A DNA stretch of 64,000 nucleotides from Tubiluchus corallicola (Eukaryota; Animalia; Priapulida): assembly GCA_030141605.1 (NCBI GenBank), contig JAQGDQ010001066.1:1837-65836 (forward strand), given 5' to 3'. Of this stretch, positions 50,016 through 60,676 are shown one piece after another. Position 1 is the stretch's first letter; each line of letters opens with the position of its first letter. The notes under the pieces are model-generated. The model was not told the origin of the DNA, searched no databases, and saw only the letters and a program-made list of their open reading frames with translations. Both the position numbers and the translations under genes were made by a program.

Positions 50016-53000
50016 ATGAAGAAATTGTTTGCATCGCTATTTTTGTTGTATCTTTTTAAAAGCACTTTAAGCACTAGACCCTGGAATATAAAATATCCAA
50101 ATAATTTTAAAGTATTGTATCCGTATAAGGCTGGAAATCAAAACTATCGAGAGGAACTTCTAGCTCAAAACGTATCTATTATAGCTGAACCGATGCAGTA
50201 CAATGACAACGGGTCCAACTCGCTCCTACGAGAAGTGTGTGTTACAAAAGATCCCAGTGACCCCAAGCAAGCGATATTCTTTGGTTTGCGGAACATGGAC
50301 CTTCCATGTGGCAATGACGACTCAGTATACATATATTCGGCAAATTTAACATCAGGTAAGAAAGGGGCATCTGCCAATTTTTGTAACAAATACGTAAGCT
50401 GGTATCAAGTTTCAATAAAGACATCAATTAATTATCCAACAGTATGTGTTACCTTTGAAAGAAATGAAGCAGCAACAAATCCTGCTGTTGAGGTACTAAT
50501 CGAAGTCAGTCATCCTCCATCGTCCTGTGCAGAATGTGGAGACAACATTGCCCAATGCATATATCAATACGAGACCAATTTTCCGTACTATAAATGCAGC
50601 TGCAACCGAAGCGTCATACAATGGATTGGGCCAGTCTGTGACGACCGAAGAAATCCTTGCTTCTCTATCCCATGTCAGAACTCTGGAACATGTCATAATT
50701 ACTACAGTGCTTTTAATTGTACCTGCCCAGCTGGTTATGTTGATGAGTTGTGCAGCACATTTGATCCTTGCTCTTCGACTCCATGTCAGAATGGTGGATC
50801 ATGCACAAATATGCCGGACAAATACACTTGCTCTTGTGAAGAAGGATATGTTGGATATAATTGCGAGACATTTGACCCCTGTTCTTCAAATCCATGTCAA
50901 AGTGGTGGAACGTGCACAAATATGCCGGACAAATACACTTGCTCTTGTGAAGAAGGATATGTTGGATATAATTGCGAGACATTTGACCCCTGTTCTTCAA
51001 ATCCATGTCAAAGTGGTGGAACGTGCACAAATATGCAGGACAAATACACATGCTCTTGTGAAAAAGGATATGTTGGATATAATTGCGAAACATTTGACCC
51101 CTGTTCTTCAAATCCATGTCAAAGTGGTGGAACGTGCACAAATATGCAGGACAAATACACATGCTCTTGTGAAGAAGGATATGTTGGAGATAATTGTGAA
51201 ACATTTGACCCCTGTTCGTCAAATCCATGTCAGAGTGGTGGAACATGCACAAATATGCTGGACAAATACACGTGCTCTTGTGAAGAAGGATATGTTGGAG
51301 ATAATTGCCAGACATTTGACCCCTGTTCTTCAAATCCATGTCAGAATGGTGGATCATGCACAAATATGCCGGACAAATACACATGCTCTTGTAAAAAAGG
51401 ATATGTTGGATATAATTGCGAGACATTTGACCCCTGTTCTTCAAATCCATGTCAGAATGGTGGATCATGCACAAATATGCCGGACAAATACACATGCTCT
51501 TGTGAAGAAGGATATGTTGGATATAATTGCGAGACATTTGACCCCTGTTCTTCAAATCCATGTCAGAATGGTGGATCATGCACAAATATGCCTAACAAAT
51601 ACACATGCTCTTGTGAAGAAGGATATGTTGGATATAATTGCGAGACATTTGACCCCTGTTCTTCAAATCCATGTCAGAATGGTGGATCATGCACAAATAT
51701 GCCGGACAAATACACATGCTCTTGTGAAGAAGGATATGTTGGAGATAATTGTGAAACATTTGACCCCTGTTCTTCAAATCCATGTCAGAATGGTGCATCA
51801 TGCACAAATATGCTGGACAAATACACATGCTCTTGTGAAGAAGGATATGTTGGATATAATTGCGAGACATTTGACCCCTGTTCTTCAAATCCATGTCAAA
51901 GTGGTGGAACGTGCACAAATATGCAGAACAAATACATTTGCTCTTGTGAAGAAGGATATGTTGGAGATAATTGTGAAACATTTGACCCCTGTTCGTCAAA
52001 TCCATGTCAGAGTGGTGGAACATGCACAAATATGCTGGACAAATACACCTGTTCTTGTGAAGAAGGATATGTTGGAGATAATTGCGAGACATTTGACCCA
52101 TGTTCTTCAAATCCATGTCAGAATGGTGGATCATGCACGAATATGCCGGACAAATACACATGCTCTTGTAAAAAAGGATATGTTGGATATAATTGCGAGA
52201 CATTTGACCCCTGTTCTTCAAATCCATGTCAGAATGGTGGATCATGTACAAATATGCCAGACAAATACACATGCTCTTGTGAAGAAGGATATGTTGGAGA
52301 TAATTGTGAAGCATTTGACCCCTGTTCGTCAAATCCATGTCAAAGTGGTGGAACATGCACAAATGTGCTGGACAAATACACATGCTCTTGTGAAGAAGGA
52401 TATGTTGGAGATAATTGTGAAACATTTGACCCCTGTTCGTCAAATCCATGTCAGAGTGGTGGAACATGCACAAATATGCTGGACAAATACACCTGTTCTT
52501 GCGAAGAAGGATATGTTGGAGATAATTGCGAGACATTTGACCCATGTTCTTCAAATCCATGTCAGAATGGTGGATCATGCACAAATATGTCGGACAAATA
52601 CACGTGCTCTTGTGAAGAAGGATATGTTGGATATAATTGCGAGACATTTGACCCCTGTTCTTCAAATCCATGTCAGAATGGTGGATCATGTACAAATATG
52701 CCGGACAAATACACATGCTCTTGTCAAGAAGGATATGTTGGATATAATTGCGAGACATTTGACCCCTGTTCTTCAAATCCATGTCAAAGTGGTGGAACGT
52801 GCACAAATATGCAGGACAAATACACATGCTCTTGTGAAGAAGGATATGTTGGAGATAATTGTGAAACATTTGACCCCTGTTCGTCAACTCCATGTCAGAG
52901 TGGCGGAACATGCACAAATATGCTGGACAAATACACCTGTTCTTGTGAAGAAGGATATATTGGAGATAATTGCGAGACATTTGACCCATGTTCTTCAAAT

Positions 53001-55535
53001 CCATGTCAGAATGGTGCATCATGCACAAATATGCTGGACAAATACACGTGCTCTTGTGAAGAAGGATATGTTGGATATAATTGCGAGACATTTGACCCCT
53101 GTTCTTCAAATCCATGTCAAAGTGGTGGAACGTGCACAAATATGCAGGACAAATACACATGCTCTTGTGAAGAAGGATATGTTGGAGATAATTGCGAAAC
53201 ATTTGACCCCTGTTCATCAAATCCATGTCAGAGTGGTGGAACGTGCACAAATATGCAGAACAAATACACATGCTCTTGTGAAGAAGGATATGTTGGAGAT
53301 AATTGTGAAACATTTGACCCCTGTTCGTCAAATCCATGTCAGAGTGGTGGAACGTGCTCAAATCTGCTGGACAAATACACCTGTTCTTGTGAAGAAGGAT
53401 ATGTTGGAGATAATTGCGAGACATTTGACCCCTGTTCGTCAAATCCATGTCAGAGTGGTGGAACATGCACAAATATGCAGGACAAATACACATGCTCTTG
53501 TGAAGAAGGATATGTTGGAGATACTTGTGAAACATTTGACCCGTGTTCTTCAAATCCATGTGAAAGTGGTGGAACATGCACAAATATGCAGGACAAATAC
53601 ACATGCTCTTGTGAAGAAGGATATGTTGGAGATAAATGTGAAACATTTGACCCCTGTTTGTCAAATCCATGTCAGAATGGTGGGTCATGCACAAATATGC
53701 TGGACAAATACACTTGCTCTTGTGAAGAAGGATATGTTGGATATAATTGCGAGACATTTGACCCCTGTTCTTCAAATCCATGTCAGAATGGTGCATCATG
53801 CACAAATATGCTGGACAAATACACGTGCTCTTGTGAAGAAGGATATGTTGGATATAATTGCGAGACATTTGACCCCTGTTCTTCAAATCCATGTCAAAGT
53901 GGTGGAACGTGCACAAATATGCAGGACAAATACACATGCTCTTGTGAAGAAGGATATGTTGGAGATAATTGCGAAACATTTGACCCCTGTTCATCAAATC
54001 CATGTCAGAGTGGTGGAACGTGCACAAATATGCAGAACAAATACACATGCTCTTGTGAAGAAGGATATGTTGGAGATAATTGTGAAACATTTGACCCCTG
54101 TTCGTCAAATCCATGTCAGAGTGGTGGAACGTGCTCAAATCTGCTGGACAAATACACCTGTTCTTGTGAAGAAGGATATGTTGGAGATAATTGCGAGACA
54201 TTTGACCCCTGTTCGTCAAATCCATGTCAGAGTGGTGGAACATGCACAAATATGCAGGACAAATACACATGCTCTTGTGAAGAAGGATATGTTGGAGATA
54301 CTTGTGAAACATTTGACCCGTGTTCTTCAAATCCATGTGAAAGTGGTGGAACATGCACAAATATGCAGGACAAATACACATGCTCTTGTGAAGAAGGATA
54401 TGTTGGAGATAATTGTGAAACATTTGACCCCTGTTTGTCAAATCCATGTCAGAATGGTGGGTCATGCACAAATATGCTGGACAAATACACTTGCTCTTGT
54501 GAAGAAGGATATGTTGGATATAATTGCGAGACATTTGACCCCTGTTCTTCAAACCCATGTCAGAATGGTGGGTCATGCACAAATATGTCGGACAAATACA
54601 CCTGCTCTTGTAAAGAAGGATATGTTGGATATAATTGCGAGATATTTGACCCCTGTTCTTCAAATCCATGTCAGAATGGTGGAACATGCACAAATATGCT
54701 GGACAAATACGCGTGCTCTTGTGAAGAAGGATATTTTGGAGATAACTGTGAATCCTTTGACACCTGTTCTTCAAATCCATGCCAGAATGGCGGAACATGC
54801 ACAAATATGACCAACTCGTATGCATGTTCTTGCGAAGAAGGATATGTTGGAGATAATTGTGAAACGTTTGTTCCCTGTTCTTCAAATCCATGCCAGAACG
54901 GTGGAACATGCAATAATTTAAATGCGACAGAATCATATACGTGTTCATGTGCACAAGGATACCAAGGGGCCAACTGCAACATGTCTGACCCTTGTGCTTC
55001 ATACCCATGTCTGTACAGTGGAACATGCACTAGTGAAGATAGCATTTACAGGTGTAAATGTCTCGAACAATTTTCTGGTGAAAATTGCAACATACTGTTT
55101 AAGGAAGGAATATGTCCCAGTAAGGAAAAAGTTAACAAAAGCAAATGTCTAACTGCGTCTTGTAGCAAGGATAATGACTGTGGTGGGATTGAAAAATGCT
55201 GTGAGTACGAATCTTGTGGCAAAATCTGCATTCTTCCATCAGATTATTTGCAAACCGACGACGATACTCTCCAGAGGACTTCACTGGACACGGTTGGAAT
55301 TCTTGCTGTCACTATGGCTTTTCTCTACGTAATTATTATATTGACTGGCTTAACCATTTTTCATAAACAAAGAATGCAAAAACTTGCTGCTGTGGTATCG
55401 TCAACGTCAGTATCTGGTACGTATGAAGAGGAGGACAGCGAAGAAGAATCGCAAACAGGAGACGATGATGAAGAGGAAGAATCAGATACAGACTATGAAA
55501 GCCTAGCTTTCCAAGATGTATTTGACAGCATATAA
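50016..55535 (+). CDS. Type I membrane protein: signal peptide, CUB-like domain, ~41 EGF-like repeats, WAP domain, TM, acidic tail (1839 aa)
   Basis: Uninterrupted 5.5-kb ORF paralogous to 40359-42149; 37-aa unit [10 protein letters not shown](N/S)GG(S/T)CTNMxDKYTCSCEEGYVG(Y/D)NCET. Confidence 0.93.
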   Translation: MKKLFASLFLLYLFKSTLSTRPWNIKYPNNFKVLYPYKAGNQNYREELLAQNVSIIAEPMQYNDNGSNSLLREVCVTKDPSDPKQAIFFGLRNMDLPCGNDDSVYIYSANLTSGKKGASANFCNKYVSWYQVSIKTSINYPTVCVTFERNEAATNPAVEVLIEVSHPPSSCAECGDNIAQCIYQYETNFPYYKCSCNRSVIQWIGPVCDDRRNPCFSIPCQNSGTCHNYYSAFNCTCPAGYVDELCSTFDPCSSTPCQNGGSCTNMPDKYTCSCEEGYVGYNCETFDPCSSNPCQSGGTCTNMPDKYTCSCEEGYVGYNCETFDPCSSNPCQSGGTCTNMQDKYTCSCEKGYVGYNCETFDPCSSNPCQSGGTCTNMQDKYTCSCEEGYVGDNCETFDPCSSNPCQSGGTCTNMLDKYTCSCEEGYVGDNCQTFDPCSSNPCQNGGSCTNMPDKYTCSCKKGYVGYNCETFDPCSSNPCQNGGSCTNMPDKYTCSCEEGYVGYNCETFDPCSSNPCQNGGSCTNMPNKYTCSCEEGYVGYNCETFDPCSSNPCQNGGSCTNMPDKYTCSCEEGYVGDNCETFDPCSSNPCQNGASCTNMLDKYTCSCEEGYVGYNCETFDPCSSNPCQSGGTCTNMQNKYICSCEEGYVGDNCETFDPCSSNPCQSGGTCTNMLDKYTCSCEEGYVGDNCETFDPCSSNPCQNGGSCTNMPDKYTCSCKKGYVGYNCETFDPCSSNPCQNGGSCTNMPDKYTCSCEEGYVGDNCEAFDPCSSNPCQSGGTCTNVLDKYTCSCEEGYVGDNCETFDPCSSNPCQSGGTCTNMLDKYTCSCEEGYVGDNCETFDPCSSNPCQNGGSCTNMSDKYTCSCEEGYVGYNCETFDPCSSNPCQNGGSCTNMPDKYTCSCQEGYVGYNCETFDPCSSNPCQSGGTCTNMQDKYTCSCEEGYVGDNCETFDPCSSTPCQSGGTCTNMLDKYTCSCEEGYIGDNCETFDPCSSNPCQNGASCTNMLDKYTCSCEEGYVGYNCETFDPCSSNPCQSGGTCTNMQDKYTCSCEEGYVGDNCETFDPCSSNPCQSGGTCTNMQNKYTCSCEEGYVGDNCETFDPCSSNPCQSGGTCSNLLDKYTCSCEEGYVGDNCETFDPCSSNPCQSGGTCTNMQDKYTCSCEEGYVGDTCETFDPCSSNPCESGGTCTNMQDKYTCSCEEGYVGDKCETFDPCLSNPCQNGGSCTNMLDKYTCSCEEGYVGYNCETFDPCSSNPCQNGASCTNMLDKYTCSCEEGYVGYNCETFDPCSSNPCQSGGTCTNMQDKYTCSCEEGYVGDNCETFDPCSSNPCQSGGTCTNMQNKYTCSCEEGYVGDNCETFDPCSSNPCQSGGTCSNLLDKYTCSCEEGYVGDNCETFDPCSSNPCQSGGTCTNMQDKYTCSCEEGYVGDTCETFDPCSSNPCESGGTCTNMQDKYTCSCEEGYVGDNCETFDPCLSNPCQNGGSCTNMLDKYTCSCEEGYVGYNCETFDPCSSNPCQNGGSCTNMSDKYTCSCKEGYVGYNCEIFDPCSSNPCQNGGTCTNMLDKYACSCEEGYFGDNCESFDTCSSNPCQNGGTCTNMTNSYACSCEEGYVGDNCETFVPCSSNPCQNGGTCNNLNATESYTCSCAQGYQGANCNMSDPCASYPCLYSGTCTSEDSIYRCKCLEQFSGENCNILFKEGICPSKEKVNKSKCLTASCSKDNDCGGIEKCCEYESCGKICILPSDYLQTDDDTLQRTSLDTVGILAVTMAFLYVIIILTGLTIFHKQRMQKLAAVVSSTSVSGTYEEEDSEEESQTGDDDEEEESDTDYESLAFQDVFDSI
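50760..54870 (+). repeat. Coding 111-bp tandem repeat, ~37 copies
   Basis: 4110 bp / 111 = 37 units; includes a 777-bp (7-unit) block duplication. Confidence 0.95.
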
Positions 55536-55817
55536 AACTGCAATCCAGACTAACAGACCTAACTGCTACACAAGGACCAGCTAAATTACACCTTAAAATT
55601 GCTTTACGCCGTTGTACATAACGCTCCTGCATACAATTACACAATGTACGAAAATATGTAAAAATTCGGATTTAAAATAATTAGATTTAAACAAGATTAA
55701 ATCAATGCTTTTGTTAAGTCACCTGGCTAAACCATGTAGCAGTTATCGCTTCAAGTGCAGCAACTTATTTTGTCCTCAAAGGATGTTTGGTTCAAATTTT
55801 GAAACTTTTATAGCACG

Positions 55818-56360
55818 TAAAGGAAGACTGGACGATTGTTTAGTCTCAATCTCATTTTAATTTACTGTCCAAAATATACATTATCTTGCCTATAAAGGTT
55901 AGCAATTGTTTCTTATATCTAAATAATTAGTTTGAAAAATTAATTAACGGCAACCGAACACAGCTATTGCTTACGTCAGAAACTAACAGCAGTTTGTGCA
56001 ATGGCAGGTGTCTTCCTTGCGCGGCAAGCACATTTGTATAAGTGTTACAGCACTGTTTAAACGCATGTTGTCACGAAAATGGGTCCTACGTCATATGACG
56101 TAAGAAACTAACACATCAGTTCATGACCATGCTTATCACGGTACCGTCTTATATTTGTCGGCCACGCGAATGTGACAAAAGGGTACCGTTGCCAGTCTTA
56201 GTAGATTCAGTGAGCCGCAAGTCGCATTGAAAGTTTAACGAAATCTGAGTATAAATTTAAATCTAAGCTTTGATTTACATAAAGCTATTATAGTTTTTGA
56301 TATTTTAGAGCATTCTTTATTTTGAACTAAAGTTTAGACAATCATCCGGTTTTGCCAAAG
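55818..56360. mobile_element. TTAA-type (Kolobok-like) MITE, copy 3, inverted
   Basis: aaaggaagactggacgattgtttag... is the reverse complement of the 34257-34831 element. Confidence 0.65.
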
Positions 56361-56512
56361 CGTTTTGACCCAATTAACCGACTGAATCTATAAGCAAACA
56401 GATGTAGCATATTATTACTATAAAAGTATTAGTCATTATTCATCCCAAACGTAATAAGGCTCTATGTGAATTTGAGAAATTCCAATGTGCAATTATTTAA
56501 GAATATTAATTT

Positions 56513-56600
56513 AGGCGGTCACCCATACAAGTGCTAACCAGGCTCTAGGTTGCTTAACTTCGGTGATCAGACGAGAACCAGTGTTTTCAACGTGATAGAC
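56513..56600 (-). pseudogene. Truncated 5S rRNA copy (or SINE3 head)
   Basis: Minus strand gtctatcacgttgaaaacactggttctcgtctgatcaccgaagttaagcaacctagagcctggttagcacttgtatgggtgaccgcct; the last ~25 nt of 5S are missing. Confidence 0.85.
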
Positions 56601-57116
56601 AACAATATAGATACAGCACGGTTTAACCACGATCTGATAGGCATGGAACAATTCTTTCTTTTGTCCTTCTTCTTCATCTTCTTTTTCTACTACTTCTTGC
56701 AACTGATGATAAATGATTTCTTGATCATTTTTCTGTCTTCTGTAATCAGGTGTCCGAAGCTTATAAATGTTAAAACTTACTTTGCTTGTTCAATCTCTGT
56801 CATTATGCTCATTTTTTGGAGTAGGAGAACCTTGGATATTGCCTTGCATGATTTCAAACTCTCCACGGCATTCCAAACAACAGCATAACAATATATTCCA
56901 CGTTTTGACACAATGTAAATTTTAAATTGCACAATTTTGTTTGTAAATTCATATCTTAAATAGCGCAATTATCTAACTTTCTCTCTTGCAGAGCTCTATC
57001 ACAAACATTGGCCATTTTAATGGCTGTTTTAAGTATTTTTTGTCCACTTTCATTAGTCAGCAGGAAAATGTGATTCATTTAAAATCAGGCTATCTCTAAA
57101 ATAACTGACAGCAAAA

Positions 57117-60100
57117 ATGGAGGAAACATTAGTTCTGGTGCTTTTGCTTTATTCTTCCAGTAGGATAAATACCAGTAGAGAATTGAATGTTAATGTTCCA
57201 AATAACGTTATTACAATGTATCCCTATAGAACTGACAGTCCACAAGTACGACCTGTTCAAAGCGTTTCTCTTATAGCTGATACACTGTTTTATAAAGACA
57301 TTGATTCAAATTTGGTCTTGAGACAAGTATGTTTCATAAGTAACGTTAGTGACCCCGAGCAAAAGTTGTACTTTCGTTTGCGGAGTGCTGATCTTCCGTG
57401 TGATACCAACTATGTAAGCGTGTATTCGACGAGTTTTGCACCTTTCAAGAATGCAAGAAAAATGTGTAACAAGAGATGGTTTCCCATTGGACAATCTGAA
57501 CTGTCAATGCCATGTTTGAACTTCAGAAGATATGGACTGCAATCAGGAACAAATCCTGTTTTTGAGCTGGCTGTGCAAGCCCAGCAACTCTCTAATACAT
57601 GTGCTGATTGTAGAGAAAATTCTAGAGATTGTGTTCACAGACGTTAGGCACCATTTCCTTACGACGACTGCAAATGCGAGAGAGACTCTATACAGTGTCG
57701 AGAAGTTTGTCTCTCATTGCCCTGTGAAGAGTCTGAAACGTGCAATAATTATTACGATGATTTCAATTGGCCCAGTTTCAGTGCAGCGAGTGGTCATTAT
57801 TATAGTGATATGACCATTCCTTGTGCTTCAAAGCCATGTCAGAATGGTGGTTCATGCAAAAATTCAACTGACACATATATGTGCTCTTGTGCACAAGGGT
57901 ATACAGGAACTAACTGTAACGTATTTGATCCTTGCTCTTCAAATCCATGTCAAAATGATGGAACATGTACAAATGTGACGAACTCATACACATGCTCTTG
58001 TGCACAAGGATATACAGGAACTAACTGTAACGTATTTGATCCTTGCTTTTCAAATCCATGTGAAAATGGTGGAACATGTACTAATGTGGCGAACTCATAC
58101 ACATGCTCTTGTGCACAAGGGTATACAGGTGTAATGGCCTAGGCATACAGGGGCAGACCATAGGTTCCAGTTAATGGTAGTCCCTGCTAAGTTCGATCAG
58201 TTCCTTGGCCGAGCTAGGGGTACTGACCGGCTGCCCACTAACGGAAACAGACAGTAGCTGAGCGTAGGCAGACTCTAGGGGGGTCTACCTAAATAGCATG
58301 AATTCTTTTGTGGTGTAATGGATTAAAAACAGGCTTTCCATCTATACCTCAAAAATCAAACTGTAACCAGTCGAATAAATGCCATAATATTAAGTTTAAT
58401 GACACAAACAAAAACAGTTGTATAATTGAGCTTTTTGTAAACAATGGAAATTAGTAATAAGCAAAAGTAAGTCTGAAAACGCTACTAAACAGCATGGCAT
58501 GAAAGAAATGCAATGACAAAACATACAAAAATCACACAGTGTTCCTAGCTATGCCGGACAAATACACATGCTCTTGTGAAGAAGGACATGTTGGATATAA
58601 TTGTGAGACATTTGACCCCTGTTCTTCAAATCCATGTCAGAATGGTGGATCATGCACAAATATGCAGGACAAATACACATGCTCTTGTGAAAAAGGATAT
58701 GTTGGACATAATTGCGAGACATTTGACCCTTGCTTTTCAAATCCATGCCAGAACGGTGGAACATGCAGTAACATGACGAACTCATACATATGATCTTGTG
58801 CACAAGGATATACAGGAACTAACTGTAACGTATTTCATCCTTGCTTTTCAAATCCATGTCAAAATGGTGGAACATGCAATAATATGACGAACTCATACAC
58901 ATGCTCTTGTGCACAAGGATATACAGGAACTGACTGTAAGGTATTTGATCCTTGCTCTTCAAATCCATGTCAAAATGGTGGAACATGCAATAATATGACG
59001 AACTCATAGACATGCTCTTGTGAACAAGGATATACAGGAACTAACTGTAACGTATTTGATCCTTGCTCTTCAAATCCGTGTCAGAATGGTGGAACATGCA
59101 ATAATATGACGAACTCATACACATGCTCTTGTGAACAAGGATATACAGGAACTAACTGTAACATTTGACCCCTGCTCTTCAAATCCATGTCAGAATGGTG
59201 GAACATGCAATAATTCAACTAACACATACACATGCTCTTGTGCACAAGGGTATACAGGAACTAACTGTAACGTATTTGATCCTTGCTCTTCAAATCCATG
59301 ACAAAATGGTGGAACCTGCAATAATATGACGAACTCATACACATGCTCTTGTGCACAAGGGTATACAGGAACTAACTGTAACGTATTTGATCCCTGCTCT
59401 TCAAATCCGTGTCAAAATGGTGGAACATGCAATAATATGACGAACTCATACACATGCTCTTGTGCACAAGGGTATACAGGAACTAACTGTAACGTATTTG
59501 ATCCCTGCTCTTCAAATCCGTGTCAAAATGGTGGAACATGCAATAATATGACGAACTCATACACGTGCTCTTGTGTACAAGGGTATACAGGAACTAACTG
59601 TAACGTATTTGATCCTTGCTCTTCAAATCCATGTCTGAATGATGGTTCATGCAAAAATTCAACTGACACATATATCTGCTCTTGTGCACAAGGATATATT
59701 GGAAGTAATTGTAACGTATTTCATCCTTGCTCTTCAAATCCATGTCAAAATGGTGGAACCTGCAATAATATGACGAACTCATACACATGCTCTTGCGTAA
59801 AAGGATATACAGGAACTGACTGAAACGTATTTGATCCGTGCTCTTTAAATCCATGTCAAAATGATGGAACCTGCAATAATATGACGAACTCATAGACATG
59901 CTCTTGTGCACAAGGATATACAGGAACTAACTGTAACGTATTTGATCCCTGCTCTTCAAATCCATGTCTGAATGATGGTTCATGCAAAAATTCAACTGAC
60001 ACATATATCTGCTCTTGTGCACAAGGATATATTGGAAGTAATTGTAACGTATTTGATTCTTGCTCTTCTAATCCATGTCAGAATGGTGGAACGTGTATTA

Positions 60101-60676
60101 AAGCATATATGACTGAGGCATACATTTGTTCATATGTACAAGGATATCAAGGTACCAACTGCCACTTATCTGACCCTTGTGCTTCTTTTTCATGTCTGTA
60201 CAGTGGAACATGCACTAGTGAAGAGAGCATTTACAGGTGTAAATGTCTCGAACCATTTTCTGGTGAAAATTGCAAAATTCTGATTAAGGAAGGAGTATGT
60301 CCCAGTAAGGAGAAACTTGATAAAAGCAAATGTCTAACTGAGTCTTGTAGCAAGGATAACGATTGTGGTGGAATTGAAAAATGCTGTGAGTACGAATCTT
60401 GTGGCAAAATCTGCATTCGTCCATCAGGTTACTTAAAAGCTGATGGAAAAAACCCAAAAGGCATCGCTGAACATATTTGGAATTTTGGCATCACTATGTC
60501 TTTTCTATACATTATTATTTTGTTAACAGGCTTAACTTTGATAACACTTCATATACTACCAATGCAAATACAACCTGCTGTGGTATCTTCAACGTAGTTA
60601 AATGAGGAAGAAGAGTCACAAAGTCACAAAGAAAACAGGAAGAGGAAGAATCAGACACAGACTATGAATGGCTAGA
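57117..60676 (+). pseudogene. Third CUB-EGF-WAP-TM paralog, disrupted and chimeric
   Basis: Signal and CUB-like region, stop at 57647, insertion at 58130-58550, in-frame TGA at ~58791, ~59299 and ~59821, frameshifts; WAP, TM and tail nearly identical to gene 1. Confidence 0.88.
58130..58550. mobile_element. Insertion interrupting the EGF array (possible LTR fragment)
   Basis: Non-EGF sequence starting TGTAATGG immediately after GYTG; no TSD seen. Confidence 0.45.

Noticed and set aside
50527-55026. 1427-aa alternative-frame ORF and 1144-aa antisense ORF over the EGF array
   Set aside because: The 111-bp unit is a multiple of 3 and lacks stops in those frames, so recent amplification produces long shadow ORFs; no domain features
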